DNA of 64,000 nucleotides from an uncultured Bacilli bacterium (GCA_947624505.1 CANQKO010000001.1:8948-72947); one strand, 5' to 3'. Counted from the stretch's first letter, positions 18,303-27,790 are shown. Notes: generated from the sequence alone by a model not told the origin. Numbers and translations are program-made.

Positions 18303-19325
18303 TTAAACTTTATTTTCAATATTTGCCAAAATGAAATTGCTAATTTTAGAAGCGTTTTCTTCTAAAAAATAACTCATATTTTCTTTCCACTCTATAAAGT
18401 CAAAATATTTTTGATCATTAGTTTCTAAATATTTTTGATACCGATAATTACTAGTTAAAATTTGATATAAAAATAAATAAGGCATTAATTTAAGATCTTT
18501 TATATTTAAAGGAAATTCTTCTAAATAAGCTCTAACGTATTTGCAAAACAAATCATAATTAAATACATTTCCCTTCTTACAAGCTTCAGTAGAAATAAAA
18601 AATGATCTTATTAATTCCCAAGAAGCGGGATATAAATTAGCATCAGAGAAATCTAATAAATAAATATTACCATTATTATCTTTTAATAAATTTCTTTTTG
18701 AATAATCACCATTTGTCATTACATAAGTTAAACCATTAAAAATAGTATTCATTTTTTTAAGCTCAGGGAGCATTCTTATTTTATGATTAATGGCCTTATT
18801 AATTAATTCAATATTAGAATTATTAGGAAAATTTTCTAAATACTTTAAAAGATTATTTAAATCATTAAATTCTTTTTCAACATTTAAGTTTTGCCAATAA
18901 ACTTCTTTATTAATATCTACATACCTCTTATTTAATACTTGGTGTATTTTGCCAAGTATTTTAGCTGTATTAATTAATTCACTATCTTCTAAATTAACAT
19001 CTTCTAAAGATATACCTTCAATAAATTTTTCTAAAAATATATAGTGATTAAAAATATTTATATAAATATCCTCATCTTTAGTTTTAATAATCCTTGGAAC
19101 ATTAAAGTCTTCTTTTCTTAAAAATTTTAATAATTCATCTTCTCTTTTTATTCTTTTAACATCTTCTAAGTTATTAAATACTTTAACAAAATATTTATTA
19201 TCACTAAATATAATATAACAATCAGAAAAAGAATGATTAATTTTCTCTATTTTCTTTATTTTAATACCATAATATTTAAATATCATTTTTTTAAAATTAT
19301 TTTTAGATAAATTATCATTCTTCAC
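18303..19325 (-). CDS. APH/choline-kinase-fold phosphotransferase (CotS-like?)
   Basis: 340 aa. Has a Brenner-type catalytic segment NGDYSKRNLL and the metal-binding LLDFSDA. Confidence 0.6.
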   Translation of the reverse strand: MKNDNLSKNNFKKMIFKYYGIKIKKIEKINHSFSDCYIIFSDNKYFVKVFNNLEDVKRIKREDELLKFLRKEDFNVPRIIKTKDEDIYINIFNHYIFLEKFIEGISLEDVNLEDSELINTAKILGKIHQVLNKRYVDINKEVYWQNLNVEKEFNDLNNLLKYLENFPNNSNIELINKAINHKIRMLPELKKMNTIFNGLTYVMTNGDYSKRNLLKDNNGNIYLLDFSDANLYPASWELIRSFFISTEACKKGNVFNYDLFCKYVRAYLEEFPLNIKDLKLMPYLFLYQILTSNYRYQKYLETNDQKYFDFIEWKENMSYFLEENASKISNFILANIENKV

Positions 19326-19338
19326 TAATATACCTTCT

Positions 19339-19797
19339 TTATTTTTTTAATATTGTTTTTAATTCTTCAATTATTTCTTTAATAATTATTTCTTTATTTA
19401 AAGAGCGTAACTTATTTGTTAATGTAATTTTTTTATTAACAAATACATCTTTAGCTTTTTCATAAATACTTACATAAACATAATTATATTCTTTTTCCTT
19501 TGTAAAACTTAATTCCCCTGTAATGCCAATACCAATATCTGAATCAGTAAATTTAGAAATATTTTTACTCATTTCAGCAGCAGTTTCCGTACTATAAACT
19601 GAATATTTACTTATTATATCTTTATTAACACCCATCTTAATTTTAAATTCATTAGCGTATGTTACTGCTCCAAATTTAAAAACTTGACTTGCCCCTTCAA
19701 TATTGGTAATAGTATTTGCTAAATAACCTCCTGTACAAGATTCCATTGTACTAATTGTTTTATTTTGCATCTTTAATAATTCAATAACTTCTTCCAT
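19339..19797 (-). CDS. pncC: Nicotinamide-nucleotide amidohydrolase (CinA C-terminal/PncC domain)
   Basis: 152 aa. STMESCTGGYLAN, followed by ...GIGITGE, is typical of the PncC domain. Confidence 0.8.
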   Translation of the reverse strand: MEEVIELLKMQNKTISTMESCTGGYLANTITNIEGASQVFKFGAVTYANEFKIKMGVNKDIISKYSVYSTETAAEMSKNISKFTDSDIGIGITGELSFTKEKEYNYVYVSIYEKAKDVFVNKKITLTNKLRSLNKEIIIKEIIEELKTILKK

Positions 19798-19801
19798 TTA
19801 A

Positions 19802-20377
19802 TCACCTTTTACTATATAACTTTCTTCTTTTTATATAATTTAGCACTTCCGAATCCAAATCTATTGCTTCTTCACCATTTATTAATCTATTTCTAATTTT
19901 AGTTGAAGAAGTATCCTGTGTAATTATATTAGTTATAATTATACTATTTTTATTTAATTTTTTCAAAATATCTTCGATGTTATCATTATTTCTTTTAACT
20001 ACTAATAATTTATAATTATTTAATATATATTCATAGTTTTTCCAAGTAGTTATTTCTTTTAAATTATCGGTCCCACAGATAAAATATATTTCATCATTTG
20101 GATATAGATTTTTAAAATAATCTAAAGTTTGATAGGTATAAGTTAATACATTTTTAACTTCATAATCTGCCACCAATAAATTTTCATTATTTCTAGTCAT
20201 TATTTTTAACATTTCTACTCTATCAAAAGCATCAATTAAATCTTTCTTATTGTATTTATTACCAGTGGGTACATAGATAACTTCATTAACATACCCGTTA
20301 CTAATTAAATCAAGAGCAATACTTTTATGATTTCGATGGGGTGGATTAAAAGAGCCCCCAAAAATACCTATCTTCAT
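19802..20377 (-). CDS. nadD: Nicotinate-nucleotide adenylyltransferase
   Basis: GIFGGSFNPPHRNH (HxGH-type motif) plus a C-terminal SSTKIR motif. Confidence 0.9.
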   Translation of the reverse strand: MKIGIFGGSFNPPHRNHKSIALDLISNGYVNEVIYVPTGNKYNKKDLIDAFDRVEMLKIMTRNNENLLVADYEVKNVLTYTYQTLDYFKNLYPNDEIYFICGTDNLKEITTWKNYEYILNNYKLLVVKRNNDNIEDILKKLNKNSIIITNIITQDTSSTKIRNRLINGEEAIDLDSEVLNYIKRRKLYSKR

Positions 20378-20386
20378 TAGCTACTC

Positions 20387-21145
20387 CTAACTTTTTTTAA
20401 ATGTTGGAGTATAAAATTTATGGGCATTTTTTTGATGTAAATTATAAATTCTTTTTCTTGCTTCTTCACTGGTCTTTTCCCCATTATTATCAATTACATC
20501 AGCAATTTCTCTATATTTAACGCCTAGTTTATCTTCATCACTAAGACCACTTAAACCATCATCAGGTGTTTTATGCACGATATGATCAGGAACCCCAATT
20601 GCTTCACCAACAAGAATAACTTCATCAACTGTTAAATCGGCTAAAACTTGAATATCAGCAATATTATCGCCACCCTTAGTAAAATAACCAACATATATTT
20701 CACACTTATTACTTGTACCTGCAACTAAATATAGACCTTTATTTTTCTTGCTTAAATAGGCAGCATTATAATATAAAGTTGCCATTCTAAGACGAGGTTT
20801 AATATTGATATTAGAATCAACTAAATCAGCCATATCGGGATTATATAATGCTTTTACTTCATTTACATAATTATCATAAAGGCTGGTTAAATCAAATTCT
20901 TTTAATTCAAAACCAAAGTGATTAGCTAAATCTACTGCATTCTTTTTATCTTCTTCTTTAGAGTGACAAGGCATCCAAATACCTGTAACATTTTCTTTAC
21001 CTAAAGCCTTCGTAAATAAGCCAGCCACAACAGCTGAATCTTTTCCTCCACTAATACCAACAACAACCCCTTTAATGTTATTCTTTTCATAATAGTCTTT
21101 AATAAAGGCAATTATTTCATCGGCTGTTTTTTTACCATCAAACAT
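20387..21145 (-). CDS. nadE: NH3-dependent NAD+ synthetase
   Basis: Has the PP-loop GISGGKDSAV. I place the start at the internal Met (MFDGKK...), which has the RBS GAAGAGGA 4 nt upstream. The ORF-track start at 21196 lies inside the palindromic leader. Confidence 0.88.
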   Translation of the reverse strand: MFDGKKTADEIIAFIKDYYEKNNIKGVVVGISGGKDSAVVAGLFTKALGKENVTGIWMPCHSKEEDKKNAVDLANHFGFELKEFDLTSLYDNYVNEVKALYNPDMADLVDSNINIKPRLRMATLYYNAAYLSKKNKGLYLVAGTSNKCEIYVGYFTKGGDNIADIQVLADLTVDEVILVGEAIGVPDHIVHKTPDDGLSGLSDEDKLGVKYREIADVIDNNGEKTSEEARKRIYNLHQKNAHKFYTPTFKKS

Positions 21146-21173
21146 ACTATCCTCTTCTTTCTTTGTTTTTAAT

Positions 21174-21258
21174 CTTTTGTTAATAACAAAAGGCATTTTT
21201 TAACAAGTTATTAATTACTTGTTAATATCATTTTATTAAAAACATCATAATTTGTCAA
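21174..21258 (-). promoter_or_regulatory. Promoter of the NAD operon plus two palindromic candidate operators
   Basis: Minus strand: TTGACA (21258-21253), a 17-nt spacer, then TAAAAT (21235-21230). Two palindromes follow: TAACAAGT-N8-ACTTGTTA (21201-21224) and CTTTTGTTA-t-TAACAAAAG (21174-21192). Confidence 0.55.
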
Positions 21259-21268
21259 GTAGTTTTAA

Positions 21269-21973
21269 TTAATATTTTACTTTAACGAGATAAAGACCAT
21301 TAGGGCTTACGGTAGGAAGCCTTTTTTCTGTTTCTCTCTTAAGCATCATTTTTATAGTTTCGGCATTTACTTTACCTTTGCCTACTTCCACTAAAGCTCC
21401 AACTAAATTACGAACCATATACCGATAAAAACCATATCCTTCGAATTTTAAATAAATAATTTTATTAAATTGCCAAATTTTTATTTTTTTAATTGTACTA
21501 GTATAATCATCACGATAACCCGCCGTAAAATTACAAAAATCATTGGTGCCTAAAAATAATTTACTAGCATTTTGCATTTTACCAAGATCTAAATAATAAT
21601 TAACATTTAAATAATAATCACTATTTCTTTTATTAGATAGATCAATTTTATATAGATATATTTTTTCTTTAACAGCAAAACGCGAATGAAAATTATCATC
21701 AACTTTTTTTACTTTTTTAATATGAATATCTTTTAGACATTTATTTAATTTATATTTTAAATTATTTATCTTTTTATCTGTTTCAAAATGAACTACTTGG
21801 CCTTTAGCGTGAACCCCACGATCAGTTCGTCCTGCCCCTTTAATTAATATTTCTTCATCATATATTTTACTTAAAACTTTTTCTAATTCTCCTTGAATAT
21901 TTCTTACATTATTTTGTCTTTGAAAGCCCTTAAACTTAGAGCCATCATAACTAATTACCATTTTTATTTTCAT
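21269..21973 (-). CDS. truA: tRNA pseudouridine(38-40) synthase
   Basis: YDGSKFKGFQRQ...GAGRTDRGVHAKGQVVHF, which includes the catalytic Asp motif. Confidence 0.93.
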   Translation of the reverse strand: MKIKMVISYDGSKFKGFQRQNNVRNIQGELEKVLSKIYDEEILIKGAGRTDRGVHAKGQVVHFETDKKINNLKYKLNKCLKDIHIKKVKKVDDNFHSRFAVKEKIYLYKIDLSNKRNSDYYLNVNYYLDLGKMQNASKLFLGTNDFCNFTAGYRDDYTSTIKKIKIWQFNKIIYLKFEGYGFYRYMVRNLVGALVEVGKGKVNAETIKMMLKRETEKRLPTVSPNGLYLVKVKY

Positions 21974-22530
21974 TAAACACTCCGATAAATATCTTTTATG
22001 AGTTCATATATATCAATTGTTTTATTTAATATAACTTTTGAAGAATTAACTTCATTTATAAAAGAAATTATTTTAGGACATTTAGTATATTTATATAAAT
22101 TATTATCAAAAAAATCATTAGTGGTATACAAGACCTTTTTATCTTTTATCACTACTATCATTTTAACTAAATTAAAAAACACTTTAATATCATTATCAAT
22201 AACGACTATTTTTTTATGATAACTATTATTTAATTTTAATAATAATTTTTTAAAATACTCAATATCTTTATAATTTAAATATTTAGATAAATTCCCCACT
22301 ACGATAAGATCATTATTAAATTTAGTTAATAAATCAATTTTAAATAGTTCATTTAAAGTCAAATCACTTATTTTTTTATCTAAATAACTATCATCAAGAA
22401 GAACCATTTTTAAAGCTTTCGATATATCTTTAATACTTAAATCTTTAACATAACCATCTTTTATCTTTAATTCATAACTACTAATTAAACCAATTATTTC
22501 ATATTCTTTTAGTAAACTATTTATTTCCAT
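21973..22530 (-). CDS. Truncated, catalytically degenerate EcfA'-like (ABC ATPase C-terminal half) protein
   Basis: 185 aa. DLTLNELFKIDLL...LIVVGNLSKYLN...KKIVVIDNDIKVFF...IVVIKDKKVLYTTNDFF lines up with the LSGGQ / Walker B / H-loop / C-terminal region of ECF-transporter ATPases, but every catalytic residue is replaced. There is no Walker A half. Confidence 0.5.
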   Translation of the reverse strand: MEINSLLKEYEIIGLISSYELKIKDGYVKDLSIKDISKALKMVLLDDSYLDKKISDLTLNELFKIDLLTKFNNDLIVVGNLSKYLNYKDIEYFKKLLLKLNNSYHKKIVVIDNDIKVFFNLVKMIVVIKDKKVLYTTNDFFDNNLYKYTKCPKIISFINEVNSSKVILNKTIDIYELIKDIYRSV

Positions 22531-22973
22531 AATATTCCTTTCAAAGTTTTATTATCTAAATATATATTATCAACTAAATTATAATCTTTTAATAAAAGAG
22601 ATAATTCAACCATAAAAGGTAGTGATAAGCCAATTCTTTTTAATAACTTTTCATTTTTTAAAACTTCCATAGTTGGTCCTTCAATTAAAATATTTTCTTT
22701 ATCATAAATAATTAAATACTTAGTTAATAAAGCTTCTTCCATATTATTAGTATAATTTATAAATAGTATCTGATGATCTATAAGTATTTGATATATTTCT
22801 TTTATTTTATCTTCTTCTAATTCATTAAAAACATTAAAGAAAATAATCTTTTGTTTATTTAATAAATCTTCTATTTTAAAACTTTTATCAATAACATAAT
22901 AATCTTGATACTTTTTTAATAAATCTTTATTTATATTGGTACTAACTAAAGTAACGTTTGTTATTATATTCAT
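22521..22973 (-). CDS. Truncated, catalytically degenerate EcfA-like protein
   Basis: 150 aa. KIIFFNVFNELEEDKIKEIYQIL...ILFINYTNNMEEALLTKYLIIYDKENILIEGPTMEVL...LKRIGLSLPFMVELSLLLKDYNL...LKGILW parallels the EcfA segment ILILDE...ITHD...GTPEEIF...IGLDLPF...ELW. Confidence 0.55.
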   Translation of the reverse strand: MNIITNVTLVSTNINKDLLKKYQDYYVIDKSFKIEDLLNKQKIIFFNVFNELEEDKIKEIYQILIDHQILFINYTNNMEEALLTKYLIIYDKENILIEGPTMEVLKNEKLLKRIGLSLPFMVELSLLLKDYNLVDNIYLDNKTLKGILWK

Positions 22974-22977
22974 AATA

Positions 22978-23883
22978 CTATCTCTTTTCTTTATTTAAAA
23001 AACTCTCTTTTATTTGTTTTAATTTACGAAAGTGATGATTAATACCTGATTTACCAACTTTATAATCGGTTTCTAAAGATATAATTTGAGCTAGTTCTTG
23101 GTATGATACTTCAGGATATTTTTTACGATAAGTAATCACTAATTGCATTTTTTCATCCATCAAAGGTATTAAATTATTTTCTTCTAAAAAGTGTATATCT
23201 TCTAATTGTGATAAACCACTTTTGATGGTTTTCTCTTGATTTGCAAGTTCACAATTATTAAGGCGATTAACCATATTTTTATGATCACGATAGATTCTTG
23301 TATCTTCAAATTCAAACAAAGAATTAATAGCCCTAAACATCTTGATTAAATCACTAATACTTTCACTCATTTTAATATAAGCAATATATTTATAACCTCT
23401 TTTAATTACTTTAGCATTAAGATGAAAATAATTAAGTAATTTAGCAATATATTTAGCATCAGTTTCTTTATCTAAAATAAACTCTAAATGATAACCACTT
23501 GTTTTGGGGTTAGAAACATTACCAACACCTAAGAAAGCTCCTTTTAAAAAAGCAATTTTTTCTTCATCACTATCAAGAAGCGGTAATTCTTTAATATTAA
23601 TAAATTCTTTTATGTATTCGATTTTATCATATACTTCTAAAATATATATTTGTTTTACCCGAAATCTTTTTTGAATTCTGACAATTATTTTAGGCCTTAC
23701 TTCAAATACTTCTTTTAAAATGGTATAGATAAGTCTAGTAACGGAAGCATTTTCTAAAGTAATAGTTAATTTATCTTTTATTAATGAATTATATCTTAAA
23801 AATCCTTCAATAATGGCTCTCTTTTCAATTTCATTATTATCTAGTTTACTTATTTCTTCTTTTAATCTAGTTGTAAATGTCAT
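22978..23883 (-). CDS. whiA: DNA-binding sporulation/cell-division regulator WhiA
   Basis: MTFTTRLKEEISKL..., LAGLIDADG-like degenerate repeats (FLKGAFLGVG) and a C-terminal HTH (SYQELAQIISLETDYKVGKSGINHHFRKL). I prefer the start at 23883 over the ORF-track 23895. Confidence 0.88.
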   Translation of the reverse strand: MTFTTRLKEEISKLDNNEIEKRAIIEGFLRYNSLIKDKLTITLENASVTRLIYTILKEVFEVRPKIIVRIQKRFRVKQIYILEVYDKIEYIKEFINIKELPLLDSDEEKIAFLKGAFLGVGNVSNPKTSGYHLEFILDKETDAKYIAKLLNYFHLNAKVIKRGYKYIAYIKMSESISDLIKMFRAINSLFEFEDTRIYRDHKNMVNRLNNCELANQEKTIKSGLSQLEDIHFLEENNLIPLMDEKMQLVITYRKKYPEVSYQELAQIISLETDYKVGKSGINHHFRKLKQIKESFLNKEKR

Positions 23884-23979
23884 ATTTATTCCCATTCCTT
23901 TTTATATAGATTATTTTAACATAATTAATATTTAATGAAAACAAAAAATGTTGAATTATTGCATCAACATTTTTATATT

Positions 23980-25191
23980 CTAACGACCATAGAAATATTG
24001 GCCTAAGCCAGGAAATCCTGGAGGATTAATTAAATAAGAATTAAACTTAGATAAAGCTTTATCACCTGCTGCCCCAAACCAATGGCCTTCAGAAATACCA
24101 AAGTGTAAGTGTGGACCAGTAGTACAAGTATCATAACCATAACTTCTTCCCCCACTTAACGCTACGACATCATTAACGCTAACTTCATCACCAACTTTAA
24201 CATTTATACTTTTTAAATGTAAGTATGCATAAGTATATTTTTTACCTTTAACAGTGGTCCAAATATAAACTTTATTACCACCACAAGATGATTTTAAAAC
24301 AATTGCTCCCACTATGCCATTAGCTGCGGCATAAACTTTAGTACCCTCAGAAACGCCAATATCGATACCAGTATGATTATTACCGGTTGTTGGTGTTGGA
24401 GCAGTACGATAACCAAATAAACTTGTAATAACACCTTTAGTAACAGGTTTTAACCATCCTTCATTATTACTATTTTTCGCTGCCACACAAACAGATAATA
24501 TATCATCATCTTTACAACCATAATTAGTATAATAATCAATTAAACTTTGGGTATTTCTAATTTCTTCATCAATAGTTACAGCACTTTCATTCATCTCTGC
24601 TAAATCATCACCAAGTTCATCAGCAATTTTTTCATATTCTTCTCTCTTTTTAGCTAACTCTTCTTGATATTTTTCTAATGATTTATTTAATTTTTTATTA
24701 TTATCCGTTAGTAGTTCTAATTCTTTTAATTTACTATTATTATAACTAGTAAGCATATCAATCATATCACTACGCATTATTAACTCAGTCATTGTTGATG
24801 CTCCCGTTATATAAGATAAATAAATATTTTCTGATTCTGTTTTTTGATTTAATATAAGTAACTCAGCACTTTCTTTTTTAACATTTTCAATCTCCGCATT
24901 AGTTCTTTCAATATTTTTATTTACCTCATCTATATCTTGTGATGCTTTAATTATATCTAACTGTGCTTTTTCACTTTTGGCCTTATAATCTTTTATTTGT
25001 GCTTCCGTCAATTTCTTTTTATTATCTTGTTCTTTCTTTTTATTTTTTAAAGTCGTTAATTGATTTTTTAAATCTCGAAGTGTTTCATTACTTTCTGCAA
25101 CGACATTCATATCATAAATAGAAAATATACTCATAAATATAATAGCAAAGCATAGGATACTTCTAATAAAATAATTTACTTTCTTCATCAT
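23980..25191 (-). CDS. Coiled-coil M23 (LytM) peptidoglycan metalloendopeptidase, EnvC/PcsB-like partner of FtsEX
   Basis: Signal peptide and a long coiled coil, then the M23 motifs NHTGIDIG and GPHLHFGI. Its start overlaps the ftsX stop by 4 nt. Confidence 0.85.
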   Translation of the reverse strand: MMKKVNYFIRSILCFAIIFMSIFSIYDMNVVAESNETLRDLKNQLTTLKNKKKEQDNKKKLTEAQIKDYKAKSEKAQLDIIKASQDIDEVNKNIERTNAEIENVKKESAELLILNQKTESENIYLSYITGASTMTELIMRSDMIDMLTSYNNSKLKELELLTDNNKKLNKSLEKYQEELAKKREEYEKIADELGDDLAEMNESAVTIDEEIRNTQSLIDYYTNYGCKDDDILSVCVAAKNSNNEGWLKPVTKGVITSLFGYRTAPTPTTGNNHTGIDIGVSEGTKVYAAANGIVGAIVLKSSCGGNKVYIWTTVKGKKYTYAYLHLKSINVKVGDEVSVNDVVALSGGRSYGYDTCTTGPHLHFGISEGHWFGAAGDKALSKFNSYLINPPGFPGLGQYFYGR

Positions 25192-26081
25192 ATCTTCAAA
25201 TACTTTCTAACCGCTAGTAAACTTCCTACCATACCTATTAGTGAACCTAAAGCCATAATAATTAGGGCAATATAGAAGACAAAATAGTAAGGACTAGCTA
25301 GTTTAATTAATTCCACAATAACATAACCATTTAATCTATCATAAGCAATAATATAACCATAAATCGTAATAATAATGGGAATTATTGAACCAAGAAGACC
25401 AATAACAAAGCCTTCAATAACAAATGGTAATTTAATAGCGATATTACTACTACCAACTAAACGCATTATTTCAATTTCATTTCTTCTTGAATATATTGTT
25501 AATTTAATTGTATTAGTAATTAAGAATGCTGTGACAAAGATAAGGGCAATAACTACAACAAGGGTTACTTTTTCAATTAAATCAAATACAGATACAATAG
25601 TAGTAACGGCATCTTTGCCATAACTAGCACTTTCAATATTATCTAATTTTTTAATATCATTAGTAACACTTTCTAAACTTTTTACATCTTTAACATACAC
25701 TACAAAGGAATCTAAAAGAGGATTCTCACTATAATTATCAAATAAACTACCATAAGATGAATCATATTCACTCATTTCATTTTTCCATTCTTCTTTACTT
25801 TTATATGTAACACTTTCAACATTATTCATTGCCGTAATTGTTGATTTTAAAAACTCCGCATCTTCTTCTGTCGCACTTTTCTCTAAATAAACAACTATCG
25901 TTAATTCTTTTTCTAAATTTTTGGTAACGTCTTCAACATTACCCGCAATAACTAAAGATACCGCTACTACTAAAAGAGTTATGGTTGCACATAATATTGA
26001 TGCCATACTTAAACTAAAATTACGAAAAACACTTTTAAAAGCATCTCTAAAACTACGACCTATTATTCTAAATACTTTCAT
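25188..26081 (-). CDS. ftsX: Cell-division ABC transporter permease-like protein FtsX
   Basis: 297 aa with four TM segments and a large extracellular loop. Overlaps ftsE. Confidence 0.88.
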   Translation of the reverse strand: MKVFRIIGRSFRDAFKSVFRNFSLSMASILCATITLLVVAVSLVIAGNVEDVTKNLEKELTIVVYLEKSATEEDAEFLKSTITAMNNVESVTYKSKEEWKNEMSEYDSSYGSLFDNYSENPLLDSFVVYVKDVKSLESVTNDIKKLDNIESASYGKDAVTTIVSVFDLIEKVTLVVVIALIFVTAFLITNTIKLTIYSRRNEIEIMRLVGSSNIAIKLPFVIEGFVIGLLGSIIPIIITIYGYIIAYDRLNGYVIVELIKLASPYYFVFYIALIIMALGSLIGMVGSLLAVRKYLKI

Positions 26082-26769
26082 GTGACTTATAACTTCCTTT
26101 CAAGTAATCTCCCGTTAATACACCGTGTTCAATTAAAAGAACTCTTTTCTTCATTCTATTAACGATTTCTTTATCGTGAGTAGCCATTATAACCGTGGTT
26201 TTTAAATCTTTATTAATATTATCGATTACTTTCATTATTTCTTTAGAAGTATCAGGATCTAAGTTACCAGTTGGTTCATCACATATAAGTAATTTTGGCT
26301 CATTAACTATAGCTCTTGCAATACATACTCTTTGTTGTTCACCACCAGATAATTGATGAGGAAAACTGCGCACCTTTTCTTTTAAACCAACGATTTCAAT
26401 AGCTTTCATAACTTTAGGTCTTATTTCTTTAGCGGATACTCCTAAACACTCTAAAGCAAAAGCTACATTTTCATAAACAGTTAATTTAGGAAGCAATTTA
26501 AAGTCTTGAAAGACAACACCAATTTTTCTTCTTAACTTATAAACTTTACCATTTCTAAGTTTAGCAACATTAACACCCCCAACAATGACACTACCCTTAG
26601 TCGGTTTTTCTTCTCTATAAAGCATTTTAATAAACGTTGATTTACCACTTGCAGTATGACCAATGACAAAAACGAATTCGCCCTTTTCAATCTCTACTGA
26701 TAAATCAGCTAAAGCCGTAACACCCGTTGAATAAGTTTTATTAACATTTTTTAATTCAATAAACTTCAT
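26068..26769 (-). CDS. ftsE: Cell-division ATP-binding protein FtsE
   Basis: Walker A GHTASGKST, signature LSGGEQQRVCIARA and Walker B LLICDEPTGNLD. Confidence 0.92.
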   Translation of the reverse strand: MKFIELKNVNKTYSTGVTALADLSVEIEKGEFVFVIGHTASGKSTFIKMLYREEKPTKGSVIVGGVNVAKLRNGKVYKLRRKIGVVFQDFKLLPKLTVYENVAFALECLGVSAKEIRPKVMKAIEIVGLKEKVRSFPHQLSGGEQQRVCIARAIVNEPKLLICDEPTGNLDPDTSKEIMKVIDNINKDLKTTVIMATHDKEIVNRMKKRVLLIEHGVLTGDYLKGSYKSHESI

Positions 26770-26806
26770 ATTTTTACTCCTAATTAATTATATCAAAATA
26801 TTACTA

Positions 26807-27697
26807 TTATATAAATGGTAAATTTGACCTTTTTATTCCACCCTTAACCTCATAACAGTCACTAACAACAAAGAAGGCTTTGGGGTCCACATCAAGAATG
26901 CGATCTTTAAATAAATTAACATCACGATTACTTATAACACACATAATCATAACCCCATTAATGTGAGAATAACCTCCCACTGTAGGGAATATTGTAAAAC
27001 CAGTATAAAATTCTTTTTCAATTATTTTCTTAATTTTATTTGATTCTCTGGTATATATCATAAATTTCTTACTATCAGAGATACCTAGAAGGATCTTATC
27101 AACAAGAATAGATTCAATTACTAAAATAATAACGCCATAAACAACATTATCAATACCAAAAACTAAGCCACCAGCAATTATTATAAAAATGTTAAATATT
27201 AAAACTCCTTTTCCTTCACTTAAATGAAGATATTTTCTTCCCATTTTAACAATTACATCACTACCTCCTGTTGAAAAACCGAATTTATATACTAAACCAT
27301 TACTAAAACCATACATTAATCCTGATAAGATAACCATAACGAGTACTTCTTGAAAACTTAAGTAAGGAATTAAAAATTCCGCTAAAGGAACAGTAAGGGT
27401 AATAAACAAAGGATAAAGAAAAGTCCCTATGACTACTCTTTTAGTTTCTTCTTTACCTAAAAATATATAACTAATTATTAATAAACCAATATTCATAATA
27501 TAAATAAATACTTCGGGATTGATATCTAGTAAATGTTGAAAAATAATGGCAAGACCAGATACGCCCCCAACAACTAAATTATTAGGAATAAAAAACAAAT
27601 TATAACATAATGCTAATAAAAATGTACCAAAGACAAAAGAAACACCTGTTATTATCGTTTCCTTTAATTCTTTATTTTTATCCTTCTTATTCTTCAT
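26807..27697 (-). CDS. YitT-family membrane protein (DUF161 repeats plus DUF2179)
   Basis: The multi-TM N-terminus (ALCYNLFFIPNNLVVGGVSGLAII) and the soluble C-terminal domain ending VKGGIKRS are typical of YitT. Confidence 0.8.
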   Translation of the reverse strand: MKNKKDKNKELKETIITGVSFVFGTFLLALCYNLFFIPNNLVVGGVSGLAIIFQHLLDINPEVFIYIMNIGLLIISYIFLGKEETKRVVIGTFLYPLFITLTVPLAEFLIPYLSFQEVLVMVILSGLMYGFSNGLVYKFGFSTGGSDVIVKMGRKYLHLSEGKGVLIFNIFIIIAGGLVFGIDNVVYGVIILVIESILVDKILLGISDSKKFMIYTRESNKIKKIIEKEFYTGFTIFPTVGGYSHINGVMIMCVISNRDVNLFKDRILDVDPKAFFVVSDCYEVKGGIKRSNLPFI

Positions 27698-27790
27698 TAT
27701 TATCTATCCTTCATATTAATTATACAAAATTATCATTAACTATGCAATTATTTAATTTATTTTAACTTACTTTCATATATTTAATTAGAG

